Source of the DNA: a virus
Reading direction: 5' to 3' (one strand)
Length of the DNA: 64,000 nucleotides
Virus record (IMG/VR): IMGVR_UViG_3300031578_000009
Location: 1-64,000 of that record
Under the pieces are notes generated by a model. It had not been told where the DNA came from and searched no databases. It worked only from the letters and a program-made list of their open reading frames with translations. A program made the position numbers and the translations under genes. Below, one piece after another: positions 32,101 to 41,010 of the stretch (positions are counted from its first letter, which is position 1; each line of letters opens with the position of its first letter).

Positions 32101-35100
32101 TAATAAAGGAGCTTGGTATGATATGTATATCAAAAATGATGTTGATGCAATCAATGCTAAATATGATTCTGAATTATCAGCATTAAATACACAGCCAAAT
32201 GTATTAACCAATACAATACCTTTAACGACAGAAGAACAAACTATAACTGAAGAAACTCCTATAGTTGATAATCAGTCTATTATTACTCCTGAATTAGAAG
32301 ATGAATTAAATGATTTAGAAACAAGGAATGATGGTAGTGATAGAACTGGATTATTTGAAGTAGACCCCAGGGTTTTATTAACTACTAAAGCTAAAGAATC
32401 TGTTGAGTATAGAGACAAGAATGGTAATTTAAGATTTAAAGATAAATATGATAGTCATGGTGATTTAATTAAAATGCCTTTGTATGATGCTAAAATGGCT
32501 TCTGAAGATGTATTTAAAGAAAACTCACAAGTTATATTATCTGTAAATACAGAATTTATTAAAGTTAAAAATGGAGTAGAACATGTTGTAATTGATGGTA
32601 AAGATAAAGGTAAATTAACAATTGAAAATTTACCAATCAATATATCTACAGTAGAAGATTTTGAAGCAAATAAAACTCCATATGTAGCAATAAGGGATTT
32701 ATCAGAAGGCAAATGGACTAACTTAGAATCATCTGCTAAAGAGAAAACTATAGCCTTACGTGAAAAAATGTTTAAGGCTTATAAAAAGAATAAACAATCA
32801 ATATCATATTCTACTGTAACAAGTAAAGATAATGGTTGGATTAATAAAACTGAAAGACCTAAATCATTATCTGATAATTTAAAGATTAGTGGTCATTCAA
32901 TATATGGAGATAAAATATCATTTGGAGTATCTGGATTGTCAAATACAATTATGACTGCTAATGGTGAAGCTGTTAATATGGGTAGAATACCACCTGGATT
33001 ACCATATTTAATTATACCTAATGCTAATGGTCAAGAAGTTGGTACAAGATTAACTGTTAGTCCACTATCAGAACAAATAACTCCAAGTGGAGAACCTACT
33101 GGAGTTTATAATGATCATGTACAAAATGTATTTGCTATTCTTGAAGCATATGCAAATGATGATCCTAGATTTACTTATCAAAATGTATATAAAGAAGTAG
33201 GTAAATATTTTAATCTTAGGGAATCTGCAAAAGGATTAGATGATAAAGTTAATCCTAATGGTGAAGATTTAAACAACAATGTATTTGCTGCTTATAAAGA
33301 CAAATCTGGTAGAGTTGTTATATCATTACCTGCTAATAAAGGTTATAAACAAATAGTAATTAAGAAGACTAATGGTGGATTACAATACTATACTACATTT
33401 AATGGAATTGACCAACAATCTTCTAAAGAATCTTTATTGAAAGAATTCAATAATAGATTAGATCAAATGTATCAAAATATTCAGGTTGTTAGTAATAGTG
33501 AGATATATAATTTCAAAAGATTTGAATATAAAGATGGTAAATTAGAACAAGTATCTGATAATTACATAGACTTTCTATCAAAATCTGGTATTAAAACCAG
33601 AGTTATTCCAATGATTGGTTCTGATGGAAAACCATATTATGTATCTCAACCTAATATTACTATTGATGAAAATATCAAATCAGATGTCGAATTTAATCAA
33701 ACTCAGGAATCTCCAAAGCAATCTAATGATAATAAAGTAGTAGAAGAACAATCAACTGAACTAATATCTGAGATTCCTACTGTAACTACAAATGAAACTT
33801 TTAGTATAGAAGATTTTAATAATATTGATTTTAATTTAGATATTGATAATTTAAATGAAGCAAATGAACCTATTGATGGTATAGAATTTAATAATACTTC
33901 ATTATCTTCATTCTCTAATTTAAATGATATTCAGAAAGAATCAGGATTGGTTCAATCAATGTTGAATATATTATTGCAAAGACTTGATTCTAAAAGAGAA
34001 TTAAATACTCCAACAACAACCAAAGAAGCATTAGGTGAAGTAAAATCAATATTAATAAATACCAGAGACAAATTTAATAGATTTACAACACAAAATATTT
34101 CTACATCAGAAGCTAATACTAATGGCGTAACAATTGGTGCAACTAATAATGCTAAGATTGCTCAGAATCTTGATTTCTTTATTAATAATTTTGAACAACA
34201 ATTAAATAATGATGGTAGTGTTAAATTCATTGGATATGGCAATAAAGTTTTAATGGAATACAACAGATTATCTTTTAATTCTGCTTATTTACTAGATGAA
34301 GAAGCATTAGAAGATGTAGAAGATAAGCCTGAATCATTTATAGAAGGAAAAAACTATAAAACAGATCCAGAGAAATCTTTATCTGCACAAATCAAAAGAA
34401 CATTATCTGATATTAAAAAAGTAAAACCTAATGGTAAATATATATCTAATGCATTTGGATTAACTGAGAGGGAAGATTTTGGTAAGGTTTTTAACTATTT
34501 AATGGAAAACTTATCAAATGTTGCTACAGATGATATTATGAGTGAACTTTCAGAATTAGCTAAAGTTAGTTATATAGCAAAAGAAGTTAATTCAAAATTA
34601 GACTCATTAAGGGCTAAAAATCCAGAGATAATTACCAAGTTTATATCTACGTTCAAAAAACAAAAGATTAAGCTTTATTCTGTACTATATGAAGTAAATA
34701 ATGGTAAAATTATTACTAAGGTTACAGAGTCAAATAGAAATGGTGCTAAAGATGTAATATTTAATAATTGGAATACTGAGTTTGTAAGTACTGGTCATAA
34801 AAATGGATTCTTAATCAACAAAGACAATAAAGATACAGTAGTCAAAACTAAAGCCTCTAAAATAAATAATGACTTTGTAAATCTAAGAAAATTATCTGGA
34901 GAAGAATATATTAATGAATTATATTCTTTATTTAATAACATTGGAATAAAAGTGTCAAAAGATGCTTTAAAAGCTATTAAAGAAGATTTTAAGAACAAGA
35001 ATAATAAAAAATACTTTAAACAAGAGTTTAAAGGTAAAGCATTAAATCAAGAAACATTTGAAGGATTTATAAATGCTTATTTTGGACCAATGTTTAATAA

Positions 35101-38100
35101 GTTCAACAATGGTGAAAACATATTTGAAACAAACAAAGGAACTATTAAATCATTAGCAGTCTATGAACAAAAGTTTGATGTAGATGCATCTTCTCAGTCA
35201 TTTAGAAGTGCAAATGGTAATATGTATTATGCCTATGTTAATACACATCATTTGAGCAATACAATTGATAAAATCAACTCAAATGATACAGATTTTTTTA
35301 ATGAGAAATTAAACAATCCATTCTCATCTAAATCAACTTGGATTAATAATTCAGACGCTGTTAAGTTAGCTTATATTGATGTATCAAAAAGTACTCAAAA
35401 AGGTAGCACTGCTAAATCATATGAAGACCAAAATAATTTTGAAAAAGAAGTTACAAAAGTAAGTTTCTTTTTAAATAATGGTAATGTAGATAGAACAATG
35501 ATGTTAACTGTTTCTCCATCTGATAAAACAACGTTTTCATTATTAGATTCACAAAGAACCAGAGTAAATAATGGTTCATATTTAAATGAGAAACTTACAT
35601 TAGATAGCAATTTAGAGAAGCAATTGTTTGATTTATTTGTAACTTCTGAAATTAACAGGATTAATCAAACTGTTGATGATTTCAATAAAACTGAAGACAA
35701 AAATAAACTAATAGAAGGTTATCATTATCAAGGTAATCGCGTGGGAGCAGGTGGATATTTCTTCTTTATACCAGAACTTAATGAAGTATTAAAACGTAGT
35801 TCAGAAGGTAAAATAATAATGAATGAATCTAATTTATCTAAAGCTAAAGATATAATGCTTGGATTTTTAGAATCAGAAATTGGATCTAAAATTAAACAAT
35901 GGGAGAATATTGGTTTACAAGATTTTGTAGATGATGAAGCATTTAAGCAATATGATAGCAAACTATCTGATTTGGCTACAAATTATGTAATAAATAATGC
36001 ATCATCTTATGCTAACCAGTTTATGATGGTTACTGGAGATCCAGCTTTATTTGCAAAAATAGATGGTAAATTTACAGGAGAATATTCAAATTGGAAACCA
36101 GTAGTAGAAGCAAGTTTAGTAAATTTATTTAAACGTACATCTAAAGATATTGCTCCTGGAATAAAAGGTAAATTTGACAATCCTACATATAAAACATTAT
36201 TTATTGAAGAACCTAAAGAGAATTCATTATTAGGTAAAGAGATTAAAGCTTACAATAATATTAAACTTGCTGATGCTCAAGAATGGACAACTCTTGAAGA
36301 GCATTTGAATGTTATGAAAGCTATTGGTAAGATAGATCAGAATGATTATGATAACATAATTTCTAATAAAGATAATCTAACTTATGAACAAATATTGACT
36401 GTTATACAACCAATGAAACCTGTTCAGGTATTATCTCAAATGGATAATAATTTTAATGCAGAAACTCAATATTATATTAAAACATCATCATTCCCGTTAT
36501 TATCTCAATTAACTAAAGGATTTCCTGAATTAGATAAAATGAGGAAATTCATGGAAGATAATAAAATTGATAGAATTGCTCCAAAAACTGCTGTTAAATT
36601 AGGATTTCATAATGCAATAAATTTATTTAATGAAGATTCATTTAATGATAATAATGGTTTTAACGGTACTGTTCTTACTTTAAATAGAGAAGGATTTAGT
36701 ATTCAACAGGATGTTCCATATGATGAAAATAAATCTGAGATATTAGAAGGTTCTCAAATGAGAAAAACTATATTTGCTGATTTAACTCCAGATATGGAAT
36801 TTTCTATGGGTAATGCTGTTGAACTAAAGAAGTTATCAGATGCTATACACATAGAACAGTATCAGAGAAAGTTAGAAGAACTTAAAACAAAACTTAAAGT
36901 AGAATCTGATGGTATCATTCAAAATATGAATGAGCTTAAAGACATGATGATTAAAGAAGGTCTTGATAGAGGTTATTCTATTAATGATTTGTTAGCATTA
37001 ACAACTAAAAAATTATCTAATGGAAGATCTGTATTTAATATACCATTATTTTTTCATCCTATGGTTCATAAGATTGAATCATTATTGAATTCTATTGTAA
37101 AAAATAAGATACTTAAAAACAAACTACCAGGTAAATCATTCGTACAAGGTTCATCATTGGGATTTAAAGTGGCAACTGAAGATTTTCTAAAGAGAGTTGC
37201 TGGTGATAATAATGGAATTATTTTAACTAAAGATTATAAAGGAAGTTTAGATTATAGAGAAGAAAATGGTGAATTATATGCTGAAATATTCTTACCATCT
37301 ATATTTAAAGACATAGATTTAACTCAATATATTGGCAAGGATGGATTATTAGATACAAATAAAATAGATCCAGAATTATTAAATATGATTGGATATAGGA
37401 TTCCAACTCAGGGATTTAGTTCAATTATTAGATTAAAAGTAGTTGGAATATTGCCAAAAGTTTCAGGAGATTTAGTTATAGTTCCACCAGCAATGGTTAC
37501 TCAAATGGGTAGTGACTTTGATGTTGACAAACTATATGTTCATAATTATAATTATTATAAAGATTCCAATACAGATAAGATTAAAAAGATTAAGCATAAA
37601 AATACTGCTGAATCAAATCTACTCCAAAAAATGGGTAATTTAAGTGATTTATCCATGTATTCTGATGAAGAATTACAAAATCATTTATTAGATATATATC
37701 ACTCAATACTTAAAAACAAACAAGTACAGGAATTAAGTAAAAATCCACTTGATAATACAGAAATTGATAAACTTGCAAATGGAGACTTAAAGCAAGAAAG
37801 AGATTCTAAGTCTTTATTATCTGACAATTTACATTCAGATATGGTTGATGTTCAGGCTGCTGGGAAATTGGGTATTGGCATAACTTCCTTGTGGGTAACT
37901 GGACATAGAGATAATCAATATTCTGGGCTATATATTGAACCTAAAGCTGTAGATGGTAAGTTAATTTATAATGCAGTAATGTTTGATAATAAATCTGATC
38001 ATGAAGATTTAAATGAATCAACTAATGAGAACAATAAAATATATAATCCAAAATCAAATACAGTTGATCCAAATATAACTTATGGAAATCATGCATTTAA

Positions 38101-40516
38101 AGGTGCATTTAGGTTAGATAAAATTACTGGATTTGATGGTAGAAGAATTAGTTCGGTTCAAGTGAATATTCAAACAGAATCTGTTGATAATGCCAATAAA
38201 GGTAATTTATACCCAATGAATCTTAATAAATATACATTCGATGTAGCCATGTTAATTGCAGATACTGGATTCAATGAAAAAACAATTGGATATTTCCTTA
38301 ATCAACCAATTATTAAAGAATACATTGATAAATTACAAAGTCTAAACAATTTTACAGATACAGAATTTATAGCAGATAAGAAGAATAAACTTAAAGAAGA
38401 AGTATTAAATAAATTAGGAATTAAGATTTCACTTGATGAATTAACAACATCAAATATCAATACTGAAGAAATGAAGTCTGCTTTAAATACTACTAAAACA
38501 AATACTGATTTACAAAAAAGAGTAATACAAAACTTTTTTGTATATGAAGAATTAGCAGATGATATTAGAAAAATTCGTAGTGCATTAAACGTAGATACTA
38601 AATTTTTAGGTAGTAATTTTTCAGGAGTTATAAATAGAAGTGCAAATTTCTCACAAAAATTAGATTCTAAGTTAATTGGTAATACTCAAAATTTATATAA
38701 TAATACAACATCTGGTGTTGCTCATGATATAGGAGTTGAAGAAACTATTAAGTTATTTGGAAGCAAGAATCTATTACCATATGATAGCACAAGTTTAAAA
38801 ACTATATTTAATAAAATATCTGATATTACAGATAGAGATTTATCAGATAAAGATATTGAAAATATTACTATTGGAATTAGGTCTGCTTTAGTTAGTGAAG
38901 AATTGAGGAAGATATTTAATATTAATGATATATATAAATATAGAAAAGCATTATTATTTGGTGATAATAATATAGCAAGGAGAGTTATTGAAGCTAAAGA
39001 ATCAATGCCAAATAATTCATTCATACAAAGCTTAAATCCAAAAGACTCTTATGACTCAAAAGTTCCAGCAACTGTAGAACATTATTCTGCTAAAGATTCT
39101 AAAGCTGATTATGATTATAAAAAGCAGATGGATTGGCTGAAAATGCTACAATCTGATGATTTAAAAACAAGACAATTGGCTAAAGACTTAATATTGTACG
39201 CTACAACATTTGGAACAGAACGTAATGCAAGAGATTTTGGTAGATTTATACCATTTGATTTTTATATGAATTCTGGATTAGCAAAATCATTGCAAGATAT
39301 TGATTTTAATGATGAATCTAATGCAAGTGTTCAGAAACTATCAAGTAACTTTGTTCAACAATATTTCCAACATTATCCAAATAAACTTGAAACATTAAAT
39401 GATAAAACTGATAGTTTATATGCAAGAAAATATAATAAAGATACAAAACAAATTGAAGTTTATAAGAATATAAATGGTAAATATGTAATGTTGGATAGAC
39501 TTGGCGATGATTTCTTAGATGAATATGATTTAGATTTGTCATATAATAAGACAATTATGCCAAACAATCCCATTGGCACAAGACTGGAATCAATCAGAAC
39601 TGTAAATCCAGATGCAGGTATAGTTAAAGATATTCATGCAGGAGAAGCAATATTAAAAGATTATGGATTTGATAATGGAATAAATTCTGTATTATTAAAG
39701 ATTTCAGAATCAAATAGCAGGTTTGCTAACTTAGCCAAGCTGTTATATGATAATTCAGATAAGATTTCTGATTTTACATTAGAAAGAATGAATCCTGATA
39801 ATCCAGAACATAATGTATCTAACTATTATAATCTTCGTGGTAAAGTTATAGATAATGCAGGAACTAAGTTAATTTTGGTTAACCAAACTAACGTTGATTC
39901 TGATAGTCGATTTCAGCGTACTTTTATGCATGAAACAGTACATGCTTTTACATTAAGATTACTTAAAACAAATGATTCATTATTAACTAAAGAACAAATT
40001 GAAGCAAAAAACAATATTAATAAATTATATAATGATTTCTTAACTAAATCTAAACTAGATAAAAGATCATTTGGTAATGCAGAAAAAGATGTATATGAAT
40101 TTGTTTCAGAAGTAATGGTTAGTGATAACTTACAGAAATATCTTGAATCTAAATCTTATAATAACAAATCAATGATGCAGAAGTTTATTGATTTAGTTAA
40201 GGATTTGTTTGGAGTTAAAAACGATACTATGTTGGAAGCTTCTATTGCTAATATATTTCAATTAGCAGAATTACAAACTGAACCAATGCCTAAGAATATT
40301 ATTTCAGATATAAAATTAGAAGCTAACGAAACCGTAGATGAAAATAATTTGCAATCTCAAAATAAAGATATAACTTTGTCAAAAACCTATAAATCTGTTA
40401 TTGACAGTTGGGATATTTACGGAAGTAAGTTTGAGAAAGCTGGATATACACAAGAAGCAATTGGTAAAATGAGTGAAGAAGAATTAGGTCAATTTATAAA
40501 AGATAATATTTGTTAA
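29195..40516 (+). CDS. Virion-packaged single-chain double-psi-barrel RNA polymerase with a C-terminal zincin-like domain
   Basis: 3773 aa; DAQEW, QPMKP, YIKTSSFPL, GSQMRK, KLPG..FVQ, GYRIPTQ, catalytic GSDFDVDKL (37514-37528); HETVH...EFVSE zincin motif near 39929. Confidence 0.9.
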   Translation: MNPFDIKNINPQTGLTEPLQTNNPFKNIRGSQFGPVKAGQYGVGEYSRDKNLNFSDVVEQPDELQYKRAGLQSNAELIGKFLGQAATESTLGAIESVGYLLDFEDLFNTDDMASRDFDNVFAKWVRGKKERVNDKFFHIYKSKVAENGTLGQKLGDKTWWASQGDTFGQSMTMMLPAIGIAGLTSGIMKSAGYGAKILKAAKTAEEIAQATNKIGEGINAISGLTAGLTSAKIEAAVEATDAYRTNYQNFLNDPDVIQKSLAQYKPEYDQLQSEYEKLSQTLYNPSNEDYPVKEAGRRQKMSQLEQQMDHIKDITHGSLDHTAREMAGEAASLVYKANAIKAPLEVAQWMVGLKSFEKLKGGLEAVKESKVGTIAEHIFQPASETFEEGWQGFAQVDATHSVKTGEQFLGGEDVGQRIKDYQKTEDAKESEFLGGLMGIVFDYGARYGGKVLKNINKTIKKSTEDPTITKPEYKAIQNNNHKEAFINAYENDGIKGINSLINNIQSASEDILKNEQLSDADKEEVKSGLEKANELNKFIQEKDNFLSNDPRFQNQQLKSAYVKAQLEDKMYQDDVDVMNQYMSERLNNSGLEAQHSKVYENLISIQSLKAAQNELLKEQSLTKEEKDNIKSHVEEKINNIKTENDALVKSIKETNPKFDVKKLAPRDSHEIIKYNRNKIKSEVYREAVTQQRINKFNNLKLEDVQAAISESESENNRSDFAINSDALKKINNTSELRVFESQISKNNPVVYDKLKPVIEAKKAELQVSEDKTKIATIQETNFRKLSDKVNNMQTKQELETAKVQLESDNKKTINDNHKQELFKQIDNKLSTITEEPKIVKAKTKSGNEIIGELSYTKTGKPMIKKEGNKSSTLVDPETIEELSKQSQPEDIEAQKANIEKRRNAEIANPYKMLHDSNIKKGTELFRRATSEEEYFDPNSRFVSLGKIKALKTNSNGNNLQGVLVGDRWLNKGAWYDMYIKNDVDAINAKYDSELSALNTQPNVLTNTIPLTTEEQTITEETPIVDNQSIITPELEDELNDLETRNDGSDRTGLFEVDPRVLLTTKAKESVEYRDKNGNLRFKDKYDSHGDLIKMPLYDAKMASEDVFKENSQVILSVNTEFIKVKNGVEHVVIDGKDKGKLTIENLPINISTVEDFEANKTPYVAIRDLSEGKWTNLESSAKEKTIALREKMFKAYKKNKQSISYSTVTSKDNGWINKTERPKSLSDNLKISGHSIYGDKISFGVSGLSNTIMTANGEAVNMGRIPPGLPYLIIPNANGQEVGTRLTVSPLSEQITPSGEPTGVYNDHVQNVFAILEAYANDDPRFTYQNVYKEVGKYFNLRESAKGLDDKVNPNGEDLNNNVFAAYKDKSGRVVISLPANKGYKQIVIKKTNGGLQYYTTFNGIDQQSSKESLLKEFNNRLDQMYQNIQVVSNSEIYNFKRFEYKDGKLEQVSDNYIDFLSKSGIKTRVIPMIGSDGKPYYVSQPNITIDENIKSDVEFNQTQESPKQSNDNKVVEEQSTELISEIPTVTTNETFSIEDFNNIDFNLDIDNLNEANEPIDGIEFNNTSLSSFSNLNDIQKESGLVQSMLNILLQRLDSKRELNTPTTTKEALGEVKSILINTRDKFNRFTTQNISTSEANTNGVTIGATNNAKIAQNLDFFINNFEQQLNNDGSVKFIGYGNKVLMEYNRLSFNSAYLLDEEALEDVEDKPESFIEGKNYKTDPEKSLSAQIKRTLSDIKKVKPNGKYISNAFGLTEREDFGKVFNYLMENLSNVATDDIMSELSELAKVSYIAKEVNSKLDSLRAKNPEIITKFISTFKKQKIKLYSVLYEVNNGKIITKVTESNRNGAKDVIFNNWNTEFVSTGHKNGFLINKDNKDTVVKTKASKINNDFVNLRKLSGEEYINELYSLFNNIGIKVSKDALKAIKEDFKNKNNKKYFKQEFKGKALNQETFEGFINAYFGPMFNKFNNGENIFETNKGTIKSLAVYEQKFDVDASSQSFRSANGNMYYAYVNTHHLSNTIDKINSNDTDFFNEKLNNPFSSKSTWINNSDAVKLAYIDVSKSTQKGSTAKSYEDQNNFEKEVTKVSFFLNNGNVDRTMMLTVSPSDKTTFSLLDSQRTRVNNGSYLNEKLTLDSNLEKQLFDLFVTSEINRINQTVDDFNKTEDKNKLIEGYHYQGNRVGAGGYFFFIPELNEVLKRSSEGKIIMNESNLSKAKDIMLGFLESEIGSKIKQWENIGLQDFVDDEAFKQYDSKLSDLATNYVINNASSYANQFMMVTGDPALFAKIDGKFTGEYSNWKPVVEASLVNLFKRTSKDIAPGIKGKFDNPTYKTLFIEEPKENSLLGKEIKAYNNIKLADAQEWTTLEEHLNVMKAIGKIDQNDYDNIISNKDNLTYEQILTVIQPMKPVQVLSQMDNNFNAETQYYIKTSSFPLLSQLTKGFPELDKMRKFMEDNKIDRIAPKTAVKLGFHNAINLFNEDSFNDNNGFNGTVLTLNREGFSIQQDVPYDENKSEILEGSQMRKTIFADLTPDMEFSMGNAVELKKLSDAIHIEQYQRKLEELKTKLKVESDGIIQNMNELKDMMIKEGLDRGYSINDLLALTTKKLSNGRSVFNIPLFFHPMVHKIESLLNSIVKNKILKNKLPGKSFVQGSSLGFKVATEDFLKRVAGDNNGIILTKDYKGSLDYREENGELYAEIFLPSIFKDIDLTQYIGKDGLLDTNKIDPELLNMIGYRIPTQGFSSIIRLKVVGILPKVSGDLVIVPPAMVTQMGSDFDVDKLYVHNYNYYKDSNTDKIKKIKHKNTAESNLLQKMGNLSDLSMYSDEELQNHLLDIYHSILKNKQVQELSKNPLDNTEIDKLANGDLKQERDSKSLLSDNLHSDMVDVQAAGKLGIGITSLWVTGHRDNQYSGLYIEPKAVDGKLIYNAVMFDNKSDHEDLNESTNENNKIYNPKSNTVDPNITYGNHAFKGAFRLDKITGFDGRRISSVQVNIQTESVDNANKGNLYPMNLNKYTFDVAMLIADTGFNEKTIGYFLNQPIIKEYIDKLQSLNNFTDTEFIADKKNKLKEEVLNKLGIKISLDELTTSNINTEEMKSALNTTKTNTDLQKRVIQNFFVYEELADDIRKIRSALNVDTKFLGSNFSGVINRSANFSQKLDSKLIGNTQNLYNNTTSGVAHDIGVEETIKLFGSKNLLPYDSTSLKTIFNKISDITDRDLSDKDIENITIGIRSALVSEELRKIFNINDIYKYRKALLFGDNNIARRVIEAKESMPNNSFIQSLNPKDSYDSKVPATVEHYSAKDSKADYDYKKQMDWLKMLQSDDLKTRQLAKDLILYATTFGTERNARDFGRFIPFDFYMNSGLAKSLQDIDFNDESNASVQKLSSNFVQQYFQHYPNKLETLNDKTDSLYARKYNKDTKQIEVYKNINGKYVMLDRLGDDFLDEYDLDLSYNKTIMPNNPIGTRLESIRTVNPDAGIVKDIHAGEAILKDYGFDNGINSVLLKISESNSRFANLAKLLYDNSDKISDFTLERMNPDNPEHNVSNYYNLRGKVIDNAGTKLILVNQTNVDSDSRFQRTFMHETVHAFTLRLLKTNDSLLTKEQIEAKNNINKLYNDFLTKSKLDKRSFGNAEKDVYEFVSEVMVSDNLQKYLESKSYNNKSMMQKFIDLVKDLFGVKNDTMLEASIANIFQLAELQTEPMPKNIISDIKLEANETVDENNLQSQNKDITLSKTYKSVIDSWDIYGSKFEKAGYTQEAIGKMSEEELGQFIKDNIC
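40348..40378 (+). promoter_or_regulatory. Internal Bacteroidota-type promoter inside the RNAP 3' end, upstream of ferritin
   Basis: TTTG (40348-40351), 19-nt spacer, TAACTTTG (40371-40378), 140 nt before the ferritin ATG. Confidence 0.5.
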
Positions 40517-40517
40517 T

Positions 40518-41009
40518 ATGAAAGAATTTTTAAGTCAAGAAGCAATTAAAGAGCTTAATTACAGGATAAATCAAGAAGAATTTTCTGCTCGTATCTATGA
40601 AGGTATGAACTTATGGTTTGACGATAGAGGATATAAGAATTTTGCAGCTTTATATACTAAATATGCAGAAGAAGAATGGAAACATTCTAAGCTAGCTAAA
40701 GAATTTCTATTGTCGTTCAAAATTAAACCAGAATTACAATCTATAGAAGCTCCACCAGCAAATTATGAAAGCTGTTATGAGATATTAGAATCTACATTAG
40801 AACATGAAGCAGAAGTTTCAAGGCAATGTCAGGAATTAGCTATTAACTCCTTAAAACGTGGAGAAATAATGTTGCATACATTGGCTCTACAATATTGCAA
40901 GGAACAAATAGAGGAGATGGATAAATCATATACAATCCTGGATATCAGTAAATTAACAACAGATATGTTGGTTTTGGATCAATATATAGGTGAAACATAT
41001 TTAGATTAA
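40518..41009 (+). CDS. Non-haem ferritin (FtnA-like)
   Basis: 163 aa; INQEEFS..IY, EEEWKH, LEHE, EQIEE ferroxidase-centre pattern. Confidence 0.88.
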   Translation: MKEFLSQEAIKELNYRINQEEFSARIYEGMNLWFDDRGYKNFAALYTKYAEEEWKHSKLAKEFLLSFKIKPELQSIEAPPANYESCYEILESTLEHEAEVSRQCQELAINSLKRGEIMLHTLALQYCKEQIEEMDKSYTILDISKLTTDMLVLDQYIGETYLD

Positions 41010-41010
41010 T

